Source: a virus
Taxonomy: Duplodnaviria > Caudoviricetes
Reading direction: 5' to 3' (one strand)
Length of the DNA stretch: 64,000 nt
Virus record (IMG/VR): IMGVR_UViG_3300012983_000001
Span: 96,001-160,000 of that record
The notes under the pieces were generated by a model, which did not search any database, was not told the DNA's origin, and saw only the letters and a program-made list of their open reading frames with translations. Below are positions 39,069 to 47,063 of the stretch, piece after piece. Within the stretch, counting starts at the first letter, position 1; every line of letters starts with the position of its first letter. A program made the position numbers and the translations under genes.

Positions 39069-39437
39069 TTACATTAAATTTTGTGTGGTGTCTTTAATCA
39101 TTTCACTGATATCTTGCATTAAGGATTCAACCTGTTGCTTTTTCTCAGCGATTTCTTCTTCTGAAGCTTGTTTCTTTTGCAACGTTAGCAATTCTTTTTC
39201 ACGCTTAGTCTTTTCTTCTTCAACATGCTCAACCTTAGCCATTGTCAAATAGAAGCCAGCGTAAATACCTGCGAATCCAAACGCTGAAATAATTAGCTGT
39301 GGTAACGCTTCATAGTTACCTGTATCGTGCATTTCTTTCATGGTGTATAAAGTAATAATGGATATAAAAGCAAAAGCAATCAGGCCGATAAGTTTAGACA
39401 TTGCCATAAAACGAAATTTAGGTCTTGTCTTTTTCAT
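39069..39437 (-). CDS. Small membrane protein with two TM segments, holin-like (122 aa)
   Basis: Basic N-terminus; hydrophobic LIGLIAFAFISIITLY and LIISAFGFAGIYAGFYL; charged coiled-coil tail. Confidence 0.5.
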   Translation of the reverse strand: MKKTRPKFRFMAMSKLIGLIAFAFISIITLYTMKEMHDTGNYEALPQLIISAFGFAGIYAGFYLTMAKVEHVEEEKTKREKELLTLQKKQASEEEIAEKKQQVESLMQDISEMIKDTTQNLM

Positions 39438-39466
39438 ATTATATCACCCTTTCTTGATATTTTCCA

Positions 39467-40222
39467 CTATCTACTACCGCCACCACTACCTCCGCCAGAA
39501 TAGCCACTGCCTCCTGTTACTGAAGATGCGCCGCCACCACCTTCATAACGTGAAGATGCAGATATATCATACGAAGGTTTATATGATGATGCTTTTGGCT
39601 TGATGAATGAAAAATCATATTTAATATCAGATGGGGTAGTTAATTCATTAGCACCTGTATATTTCATAACATCGCTAATTTCGTCTGACTCAACAACGTC
39701 TTGCGCAATAAATTCGTAAATTTCTGATACTGGATTACCAGAAGTATCGACTTCTACAGATACACTACGCATAAAGACGTTTTTAATAGTTTTAGTAATA
39801 GATTTATTGCCAAATACAATCTTGATATCTTTATGATTTTTACGATGCACTTTAAAGTTTCGGTCATCAAAGAAGGCATTGTAGTGAGGTGATTCAGTCA
39901 AATCATCAATAGTAGGGTCTTCTTGTTCATCACCATCACTTTCTATTGCATCCTGTAGACGACTAGTATAAAGTATCATAGATTGCCATACTGATGTAGT
40001 TAAAATACCAGTAACAGGTAAGCCCATCATTGCTTGAAATTGCGCTACGCCGTCTGCTACGGTTTCATCATATGTTCCTGTGGGTTTTACGTTAATGTAA
40101 CACTTATCAAGCATATCGCATACTTGATACACAAAAGTACCTGAAATTGCTGTATCGGCACTATTATATGCTAACTCATTGAGCTCATAATTTGTAAGCT
40201 CAGCAATAGATTGCGCTGTCAT
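39467..40222 (-). CDS. Peptidoglycan-binding domain plus C-terminal half of a tail-tube-like fold (251 aa)
   Basis: PGBD TGTYDETVADGVAQFQAMMGLPVTGILTTSVW; DIKIVFG...TIKNVF...GNPVSEIYEFIAQDV parallels the tube C-terminus; Gly/Ser tail. Confidence 0.6.
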   Translation of the reverse strand: MTAQSIAELTNYELNELAYNSADTAISGTFVYQVCDMLDKCYINVKPTGTYDETVADGVAQFQAMMGLPVTGILTTSVWQSMILYTSRLQDAIESDGDEQEDPTIDDLTESPHYNAFFDDRNFKVHRKNHKDIKIVFGNKSITKTIKNVFMRSVSVEVDTSGNPVSEIYEFIAQDVVESDEISDVMKYTGANELTTPSDIKYDFSFIKPKASSYKPSYDISASSRYEGGGGASSVTGGSGYSGGGSGGGSR

Positions 40223-41007
40223 TGCCCTATTTGCACCTCCTTTTCATTAACATATCCTTCCCAACCATCGTTAGCTGTACGTACATACAGCCAGCCATCG
40301 TCGTATTTGTCATAAAGAATATAAATGTCTTGTGTTTCTAAAATAGTACGATATCCTGCGCTTTCCATGGGTGCAGTACGTAATTTAGTATTTTTGTATA
40401 TGCGACCAACTCGTAAATTTGTTTCATTTAACGCTTTGTCGATTTCGTACTTAGTAGATTCGGTTAATTTACCATTAGCCTCTACTCCATGGTCTTTTTG
40501 GAATTGTTTAATGACTTGAACTAATGTAGCAATAGGGGAGTTAGTATCTAATTGGTATCCAAGTAACATAAGCTTCTGACGATAACGAAATGTTTCATCG
40601 TCTTCGTTAATTGTATCTTCTACTTGCTGACCGATGTTTCCTGTAATCCAATCAACTGCATCCATGAGAGTTTGCTGATTGTCATTATAACTTTCTAGTG
40701 TTGAATGTTTACTGCGTTCAATAATTGTTTCCATTGGCGTTTGTGCTTCTGGATTCTTGATTGGCACTTTAAATGTGCCTGTAACGATACGGTTACCAAT
40801 CGCGACATCATCAAAAGTACGAGAAGCATATCCGTAAACTGGCTTTAATTGCTCTTGAATGGTATAACTTATGTACGCAATTTCGGATTGCTCCATGTCG
40901 TCCATGTAAATCTTCGTGTCGGTACTGGAGTAATACTCTTCCATAAAGAGATTTTCTTCTGTTTGCTCAATGCGAGGTATATATCTATGTGTCATTGAGG
41001 TAGCCAT
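40219..41007 (-). CDS. N-terminal half of a tail-tube-like fold plus PGBD and SH3b (262 aa)
   Basis: YYSSTD...ISYTIQEQLKPVYGYASRTFDDVAIGNRIVTGTF resembles the tube N-half; IKQFQKDHGVEANGKL (PGBD); DGWLYVRT...EGYV (SH3). Confidence 0.65.
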   Translation of the reverse strand: MATSMTHRYIPRIEQTEENLFMEEYYSSTDTKIYMDDMEQSEIAYISYTIQEQLKPVYGYASRTFDDVAIGNRIVTGTFKVPIKNPEAQTPMETIIERSKHSTLESYNDNQQTLMDAVDWITGNIGQQVEDTINEDDETFRYRQKLMLLGYQLDTNSPIATLVQVIKQFQKDHGVEANGKLTESTKYEIDKALNETNLRVGRIYKNTKLRTAPMESAGYRTILETQDIYILYDKYDDGWLYVRTANDGWEGYVNEKEVQIGQ

Positions 41008-41011
41008 TTCA

Positions 41012-42694
41012 TCACTCCTTTATCATTATCGTCCACTTGTACGATTTTTTGTTGTATGGATACAAAATATAATCTATACGATATGGCGCTTTACCATGTT
41101 TTGGATTATATACAAAAGCATTGTTAAACTCATCCAAAGACATTGTTGTATGGTCTTTAATGATGGTATTCTTAGTATACACTTCGCTGGTATTGTTGTC
41201 GTAAGTACAGATAAGGGTTGCTTTAACATTTAAGTAGTTGTTACATGACATAATGGCATTAAAGTTGATTATCTGTTTAAAAACTTGACTAAGCTCCATT
41301 TCGTATATTCCTGGTGGAGTATCGAACTCAATTACAAAGTTATCATTTGACATCTGAATGGAGTTGTTACCAGAAAGCATATGCAATAATACCCATGTAT
41401 TATAATCGACGATACCTGTTGCTGTATATCCATTTTCAAGCTGCAATTGCATGATTTTCTTTTTGGTTTCAGCATCATATGTACCAGTAATATTATTGAA
41501 ATCAGGATAGATAGTTGATAATGCAGATTGTATTAATGTTACATAAGCATCAGAAGCTCCATAATCTATAGTAGGAAATTCTATTACATTACCAGCATAA
41601 TAGGAGCTATATACATCTGTTTCTATAACATATCCTGTGTCAGTTTCGTACCAACGGCCATCATCAGTAACAATAAAATCGTGAATATTGATATGTTCGC
41701 GATATTCTTTGGTATCTACTATATCAGAATGTAGAGAAGTATTTCTGTACACCATTGCACCATGTTTATTGACTACAACAGCAAGCTTTACTGGCACTTC
41801 CTGTACTTGATTTTTTAATGCATTATAAAGCTTGTCGTCTACAACTCCATCAATGGTGTCGCCAATTAATGATTGATATCTACGCACTGCTTCATCTGTT
41901 TGGCTGTCAAATACGCCGTTAATTTCTAAAGTAAACAGCCTTGTCTGATTTAATAACGTTTGAATTTCTGCAACGTCATTACCCATCATTAGTCTAGTTG
42001 TAGACTGATACAATACACGAGATAAGCTATATACTTTCTTCTGAGGAGCCTTAGCTTCAAGCTCTTTTAAAGTTTGTTTTCTTTCGAGCTCAATAGCCTC
42101 TTCAAGAGTAATGTTACTTGACTCCAATACATAAACACGTTTTGTATATTTATCATACTTACTATTAGAGCTATCTTTTACTGTTGCTTTAGCTTTTTTA
42201 TCCCATGCCTTAAAATTTGATATATCGCGTGCAACAAAGCTGAATACATTCTCTGTAAATAAGTCTTCGACAGAGATTGTTTGTGCCTCATCTGTAAAGT
42301 CAATACCGTAGATATACATGGAAACCGCATTACCATATTCGTTGGCAGATACAATCATAATATCAAACAACGGTAATTCGTCGACCTTTAGGTCCTTAAA
42401 GCCTTGTAACCAATCTAATTGGGACTGTAATTCTTTAAGCCAATGTTGGTTAATAAGAGTAAAAACCATGGTCCCTGCAAATATACGGGAACCTCGTGTT
42501 ACACCATTGATATTGGTTCTGCCTATGTTAATAACAGGCTTTTTGTTTCTGTACATAGAGTAGCTAATTGTTGTAAGAGAACCAATGACAACGGGAGAAG
42601 ACCCTGGCATCATAATAAAAGCCAAGGTATCTGTACCAGAGAAAGACTTATAAAACTTCGAGATATGATTACCTAAATTCAATTCTGTGTCCAA
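41012..42694 (-). CDS. Tail-tube paralogue fused to two PGBDs and an SH3-like domain (560 aa)
   Basis: TTG start with GAAAGGAGAG RBS. SFSGTD...IGSLTTISYS..R.K.PV...G......TRGSRIFAGTMVF...LPLFDI aligns with the tube gene; GNDVAEIQTLL..NGVFD..T..AV..YQ...DGVVD and a second PGBD. Confidence 0.75.
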   Translation of the reverse strand: MDTELNLGNHISKFYKSFSGTDTLAFIMMPGSSPVVIGSLTTISYSMYRNKKPVINIGRTNINGVTRGSRIFAGTMVFTLINQHWLKELQSQLDWLQGFKDLKVDELPLFDIMIVSANEYGNAVSMYIYGIDFTDEAQTISVEDLFTENVFSFVARDISNFKAWDKKAKATVKDSSNSKYDKYTKRVYVLESSNITLEEAIELERKQTLKELEAKAPQKKVYSLSRVLYQSTTRLMMGNDVAEIQTLLNQTRLFTLEINGVFDSQTDEAVRRYQSLIGDTIDGVVDDKLYNALKNQVQEVPVKLAVVVNKHGAMVYRNTSLHSDIVDTKEYREHINIHDFIVTDDGRWYETDTGYVIETDVYSSYYAGNVIEFPTIDYGASDAYVTLIQSALSTIYPDFNNITGTYDAETKKKIMQLQLENGYTATGIVDYNTWVLLHMLSGNNSIQMSNDNFVIEFDTPPGIYEMELSQVFKQIINFNAIMSCNNYLNVKATLICTYDNNTSEVYTKNTIIKDHTTMSLDEFNNAFVYNPKHGKAPYRIDYILYPYNKKSYKWTIMIKE

Positions 42695-42726
42695 GATGAT
42701 TCTCTCCTTTCACATTATTCAAATAA

Positions 42727-42755
42727 ATTATAGCATATACAACAAAATGAGCCAA
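42727..42755 (-). promoter_or_regulatory. sigmaA-type promoter: -35 TTGGCT, 17-nt spacer, extended -10 TG-C-TATAAT
   Basis: Minus strand TTGGCT CATTTTGTTGTATATGC TATAAT, about 30 nt upstream of the 560-aa start. Confidence 0.6.
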
Positions 42756-42791
42756 GCCCTTTTTTTGACTTGACTCACTTTGTTTATGCTA
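42731..42791 (-). terminator. Probable intrinsic terminator after the tail tube gene
   Basis: Minus strand AACAAAGTGAGTCAAG-loop-CTTGGCTCATTTTGTT (16-bp stem with G:U pairs), U-rich 3' arm, outer TAGCATA/TATGCTA extension. Confidence 0.6.
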
Positions 42792-42816
42792 AAAATCTGA
42801 TTTGATTGAATTAGCA

Positions 42817-43701
42817 CTATGCGTTATAAGACGGACCGCCAAAAACGTTTGCTGTATTAACCTGCTTAGAAGCAGATGTAGGAGCAACGCCTCTGAGATT
42901 ACCAGCGTCATCACGAGTGTAAACACCACGGATGAGTGGACTCAGTCTACGAGCAATCCATGTTACCTGACGAGCCATTACTACTGTATCAACAGAAGCA
43001 CCAGAGCTCTCATTCAGGATATCAACATCGTAAATCTTCTGGAATGCGGTATGGCCGTATTCAGAAGCGAATGTTAATGTAACATCGAATGGCGGTAAGG
43101 TGTCAGCATAGATTACGTTCTCACCACGAATCGGAGCGAAACCTGCTGGAACGAAAATCTTGTCACCGTCCTGATTCCAATCTTCTACGAAACCAGTCTG
43201 CTGGTTAATGATTGGGCTGTTGTTAGAACCTTCAGTGGACTGAGCGCTGATTGCGTTGGTGTAATCACCAGAAGCAGTAGCGCCGAAAGAGAAACCGTAA
43301 CCAGCTCTCTTAGCTGTATCATCTTCTGCAAGAGCAGCCTGAGATACTGTTGCATTCCACTTAATCATATCCAGAGCGTTTGTGAAGTCTTCAGACATAG
43401 ACGGAACATTGTTAGCAGCTGCGGTAAACATAGCGGATGGAGCGATGTCGTCCCATACGGTCTGTAATGCAGATACTAATGCGTCATGGTCAAATACTGC
43501 AAATACCATGGAACCAGCGATGCCACGCTTACCTCTGGAGAAAGAACGTGCATCAGGAGAACCACATGTAAATACAGGTGCCTTATCTCTTTGTACTGCC
43601 CATGAAATCTGCTGAAGTTCGCCAATTACTTTATTAGCAAATGTAGCAACTAAGTCAGCACCAGAGAAACTTGTTAAGGTTTGGATAGTTGGACTTGCCA
43701 T
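42817..43701 (-). CDS. Major tail tube protein (294 aa)
   Basis: Follows the sheath gene. SFSGADLVATF..IGELQQISW...DKAPV..GS...SFSRGKRGIAGSMVF...LPPFDVTLTFASEYG; strong AAGGAGG RBS; highly-expressed-type codon bias. Confidence 0.85.
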   Translation of the reverse strand: MASPTIQTLTSFSGADLVATFANKVIGELQQISWAVQRDKAPVFTCGSPDARSFSRGKRGIAGSMVFAVFDHDALVSALQTVWDDIAPSAMFTAAANNVPSMSEDFTNALDMIKWNATVSQAALAEDDTAKRAGYGFSFGATASGDYTNAISAQSTEGSNNSPIINQQTGFVEDWNQDGDKIFVPAGFAPIRGENVIYADTLPPFDVTLTFASEYGHTAFQKIYDVDILNESSGASVDTVVMARQVTWIARRLSPLIRGVYTRDDAGNLRGVAPTSASKQVNTANVFGGPSYNA

Positions 43702-43729
43702 AATATTTTCCTCCTTGTTTTCTTTATTT

Positions 43730-43755
43730 AGGTAGGGACATTGCTGTCCCTACCT
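43730..43755 (-). promoter_or_regulatory. Perfect 11-bp hairpin with GCAA (GNRA) tetraloop between sheath and tube genes
   Basis: Minus strand AGGTAGGGACA-GCAA-TGTCCCTACCT followed by an A-rich tract and the tube RBS; no U tract. Confidence 0.7.
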
Positions 43756-43767
43756 GAGATTATTCAA

Positions 43768-46185
43768 TTAGGCAGCAGCTCTGAGAGCAACTACTGTAGT
43801 AATCTTACGTAATTCCTGAGGACATACAAGAGTTAATGCGATAGAGCATTCACCCAGGATAACCTGCTGAACGGTAGCGTTGATTTCGAATTCGTAATGA
43901 AGGATTTCACCCTGTTCCATCAGGTAGCTTAATCTCTTAGAAATCAGAGCAGACAAAGCATTTCTCTGTTCTACGGTGTTCGGCTCACCCAGGAATGGGT
44001 CGGATACTTCACGAATCTGGTCAACCACGTCAGTTACTACCTTAACGGTAGATAATCTTGCATAGTCAGAACCAGGAGCGCCTGCGGTACAACCGTCTAC
44101 TACGAACGGAACAGAAGATGCTGTTGCAGTACCTTCGTTCTTAAGCTTGAAGACAACCATACGATTACCAGTTAACTCATTCATCTGCTTGTTGGAGAGC
44201 TTGTACTTCATGCCCTTAACACCAGGAAGAGCCTTGTTGGTAGGAGCGGATTCTGGCCTGAGACTTGCATTTAATGCTGCATATGCAATAGCTGGGGAAC
44301 CGTAGTATGTACCGAGAGTATCGGAAGCTACAACTGGTTCTGGACCAACTACAACAGATGTGTACCAGCCTAAATCCATCTTGTTACCTTCAGTGTCTAC
44401 GATGTCGTTACCTTCAGCATCCTTCATGTAGTGAATGTTATTGTACTGAAGTAACTTCTCAACATGCTTCTGGATACCAACAAGAGTAGTGTTGGAGTTC
44501 GGCTTAACATCAATGAAACCGTGAGTCATCTTTGTTCTGTAAGTTAATACCGCACAAAGAAGAGCTAATTCATAATGGAAGCTGCTGAGTGGATTTACAG
44601 TCTGCTTGGAGTCTGCATATACACCAGCTGGGTAGATGTAGTCAACATTGTAGTTTTCGAGAATCTGATATGCACCCTGCTCAATTAAGTAGCCCTGAGC
44701 GTCTCTCTTACCAGATAATGCTTCGAAAAGCTGGTTAGCGTTTACTACAACACCGTCATCGCCACCTTCGCTAAGAGTGCCGTTGAATACAGGGTAATCT
44801 GCTGTTGTATCTTCTTCATCGTCAGTAACGATTTCAAATACATTATTCAACGCATAATTAGCTAACGCCTGCTTTAAGTGGCCAACAGTCGGACACTCGA
44901 AAGAAGTGAAGTAGAACGGAAGGTCCGCATTAGAGAATCTCTTGGATTCTGGCTTTGTGAAGGTGAACTGTCTACCGATATTACCGTTTGCATCAGCAAT
45001 CTGAGTAATAGTTACAGAAGCTTCCTTGTAAAGAGAACCACCGTAGATAGCACGAACAATCATGCTCTTGTTGGTAGTATTTACCTGCTCGTAATTGTAA
45101 GCAAATGTAAACTTGTCATTTACATTGAAGCTACCAGCAGTTAAGGTAAGAGTCTTACCAGATACGCTGTAGTCAGCTGTATCAGCTGGAGTACCGTTTA
45201 CAGTTAATACTGCGGAACCAGCAATCGGAGCGTAAGGTAATGCAATTACCTGGTCAGCGTCAGTCAGAGTCCAGGATTCTGTCTCATCAACTAACTCGTA
45301 AATATAGTATTCTGTGGTAATCTCTACGCCATCAACGATAGCTCCACCAGCTAACCATGTTAATACACCGTTGTTAATAGTATAATCGGTACCCTCAACA
45401 AGCTCAGTACCATCAGCAAGAGTAGCTTTAAAGCCATCGGTCACTGGGAATAAACCAGTTTTGTCAATGTACTGACCAAAGGTATCCTTTGGAGTTGCAT
45501 ATACGAACTGGTTCTGAGCAGCATCAGCCAAGGTAACAGGACCCTGAGCAATGAATGCAGCGGCATCAGGAACGTTTGTGGTTGTACCCTTATCAGCAGT
45601 GTCAATGTTCTTGTACTGATAGGAAGCATAGATTGTGCTACCCTTAGTAACTACGTTTGCACCGATATTGAAAGTAGCTTCATATTCGGTATAACCGCTT
45701 GCTACAACAGGAGTACCAGTACCGTTCGGGCCAGTGGTCAGAACGAGAGAACCTGCAACTACAGGAACGTTTGCCAGCGTCTTACCGCTAACAGCTGCGT
45801 TACCTTCGATTGCACCAGAAATAGGTGTTGCAACAATTGTTTCTACGCTAGTTGTAGTTGCTTTTGCGATTTCAGTGTAAGCCTGGGAGCCAGTAACTCT
45901 CATACATCTTACATCAGTGAAACCGTTTCTGAACGCCTGCTTAGCGTACTTGGTAAGAGTTGCACCGTTAGGGTATCCATGTTCGTTAACTTCTGTACCG
46001 AATAACTGACTAACGGTTGTTGCGTCAATCTGTACAGGTTCGTTGATAGGACCATCGAATGCGGTACCTAAGATGAGCAGACTCTTACCAGTGGCAGCAG
46101 TGTCATTGGTAGTCAACTTTAATCCGCCATCCTTAAACTCCACAAGATGTCCAGGCAAATTTGGATATAAATTTGTAACAGCCAT
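43768..46185 (-). CDS. Major contractile tail sheath protein (805 aa)
   Basis: YPNLPG, LLILGTAFDGPINEPV, VRCMRV, LSEGGDDG, APTNKALPG, VVDGCT...SDYARLSTVKV...FLGEPN..R.AL...L..PQELRKI; internal beta-sandwich insertions. Confidence 0.9.
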   Translation of the reverse strand: MAVTNLYPNLPGHLVEFKDGGLKLTTNDTAATGKSLLILGTAFDGPINEPVQIDATTVSQLFGTEVNEHGYPNGATLTKYAKQAFRNGFTDVRCMRVTGSQAYTEIAKATTTSVETIVATPISGAIEGNAAVSGKTLANVPVVAGSLVLTTGPNGTGTPVVASGYTEYEATFNIGANVVTKGSTIYASYQYKNIDTADKGTTTNVPDAAAFIAQGPVTLADAAQNQFVYATPKDTFGQYIDKTGLFPVTDGFKATLADGTELVEGTDYTINNGVLTWLAGGAIVDGVEITTEYYIYELVDETESWTLTDADQVIALPYAPIAGSAVLTVNGTPADTADYSVSGKTLTLTAGSFNVNDKFTFAYNYEQVNTTNKSMIVRAIYGGSLYKEASVTITQIADANGNIGRQFTFTKPESKRFSNADLPFYFTSFECPTVGHLKQALANYALNNVFEIVTDDEEDTTADYPVFNGTLSEGGDDGVVVNANQLFEALSGKRDAQGYLIEQGAYQILENYNVDYIYPAGVYADSKQTVNPLSSFHYELALLCAVLTYRTKMTHGFIDVKPNSNTTLVGIQKHVEKLLQYNNIHYMKDAEGNDIVDTEGNKMDLGWYTSVVVGPEPVVASDTLGTYYGSPAIAYAALNASLRPESAPTNKALPGVKGMKYKLSNKQMNELTGNRMVVFKLKNEGTATASSVPFVVDGCTAGAPGSDYARLSTVKVVTDVVDQIREVSDPFLGEPNTVEQRNALSALISKRLSYLMEQGEILHYEFEINATVQQVILGECSIALTLVCPQELRKITTVVALRAAA

Positions 46186-46213
46186 TTTAATTTCCTCCTT
46201 TTTATTATTGGAC

Positions 46214-47062
46214 TTAGAAATTGTAAGTTATTCCGTTGTCACCATCAAAGAAATCTAATTCAATCGGGTCAGAATTTTTTGACGAGTTGTTAATCAACGT
46301 CTTAACTTTGTCGGTGCTGAGTTGATTTGCACCGATTTCAGCATTGATGCTGTTGATAAGGCTTTGACGTACTGGAGTAATACTTTCGAGCCTTATATAA
46401 TAATATATACAACGCATTGGGGTCGATTCGTCGTAATTAAGCGAACATTTTGGTGATACTTCTTGTTGAAAAAAGATTTCACTAATACCTTGTCGCTTTA
46501 AGTAACCAGTATACACAGAAAGAAGGTTTTCAAATTTCTTCTGTATTTGTCTGGCCTCTTTATTGGTTCTGCCATAGATATTAAATTCGACATTACAATC
46601 ATACCATTGACGGTAAATCAGAAAAGCATCGCCAGTTTCATTACCGTTGGCATCAGTCTCATTAACAATATCAGTTAACTTAGGTTTTAAACCACCCATG
46701 TCTTCTGCTTTGTCTCTTGAGTTTATCTCGATTGTAATCTGTGGCATGACGATTTGGTCACTGTTTTCTCCTTTCTTAAGGTCAGGAGACAGCTCACCCC
46801 AGCCAGCACCCCAGGCGGCATTACACAATCTCTTGAGAATGTCGGCTAACTGTTCAATATCGTCTATATTATCGTCTGCAACATGTCGTAGTGTCTGTAT
46901 GTTATACTCTCTACTTGAAACTGTTTCAAGAGTATGAATGTGAGCCGCTTTCTTGGACTCATAGACATTATTGGTATTGCTCGGCTGAAGAACCGTAGAT
47001 TTTTCTTCAGGAGTTTTACCAAAATAATCAGCATATGCTTTTGCCAGTAATTCATTGTCCAT
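46214..47062 (-). CDS. Tail terminator/completion-like protein
   Basis: Start moved to MDNELL (47062, GAGGAGG RBS). YRQWYDCNVEFNIYGRTNKEA...FENLL..YTGYLKRQG..EIFF..E; directly upstream of the sheath gene. Confidence 0.55.
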   Translation of the reverse strand: MDNELLAKAYADYFGKTPEEKSTVLQPSNTNNVYESKKAAHIHTLETVSSREYNIQTLRHVADDNIDDIEQLADILKRLCNAAWGAGWGELSPDLKKGENSDQIVMPQITIEINSRDKAEDMGGLKPKLTDIVNETDANGNETGDAFLIYRQWYDCNVEFNIYGRTNKEARQIQKKFENLLSVYTGYLKRQGISEIFFQQEVSPKCSLNYDESTPMRCIYYYIRLESITPVRQSLINSINAEIGANQLSTDKVKTLINNSSKNSDPIELDFFDGDNGITYNF

Positions 47063-47063
47063 G

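Noticed and set aside
39467-39545. GC-rich ccacc/ccgcc run resembling a DNA repeat
   Set aside because: Explained by the Gly/Ser-rich C-terminal tail of the 251-aa protein; the same applies to 55690-56050 in the Gly-rich gene.
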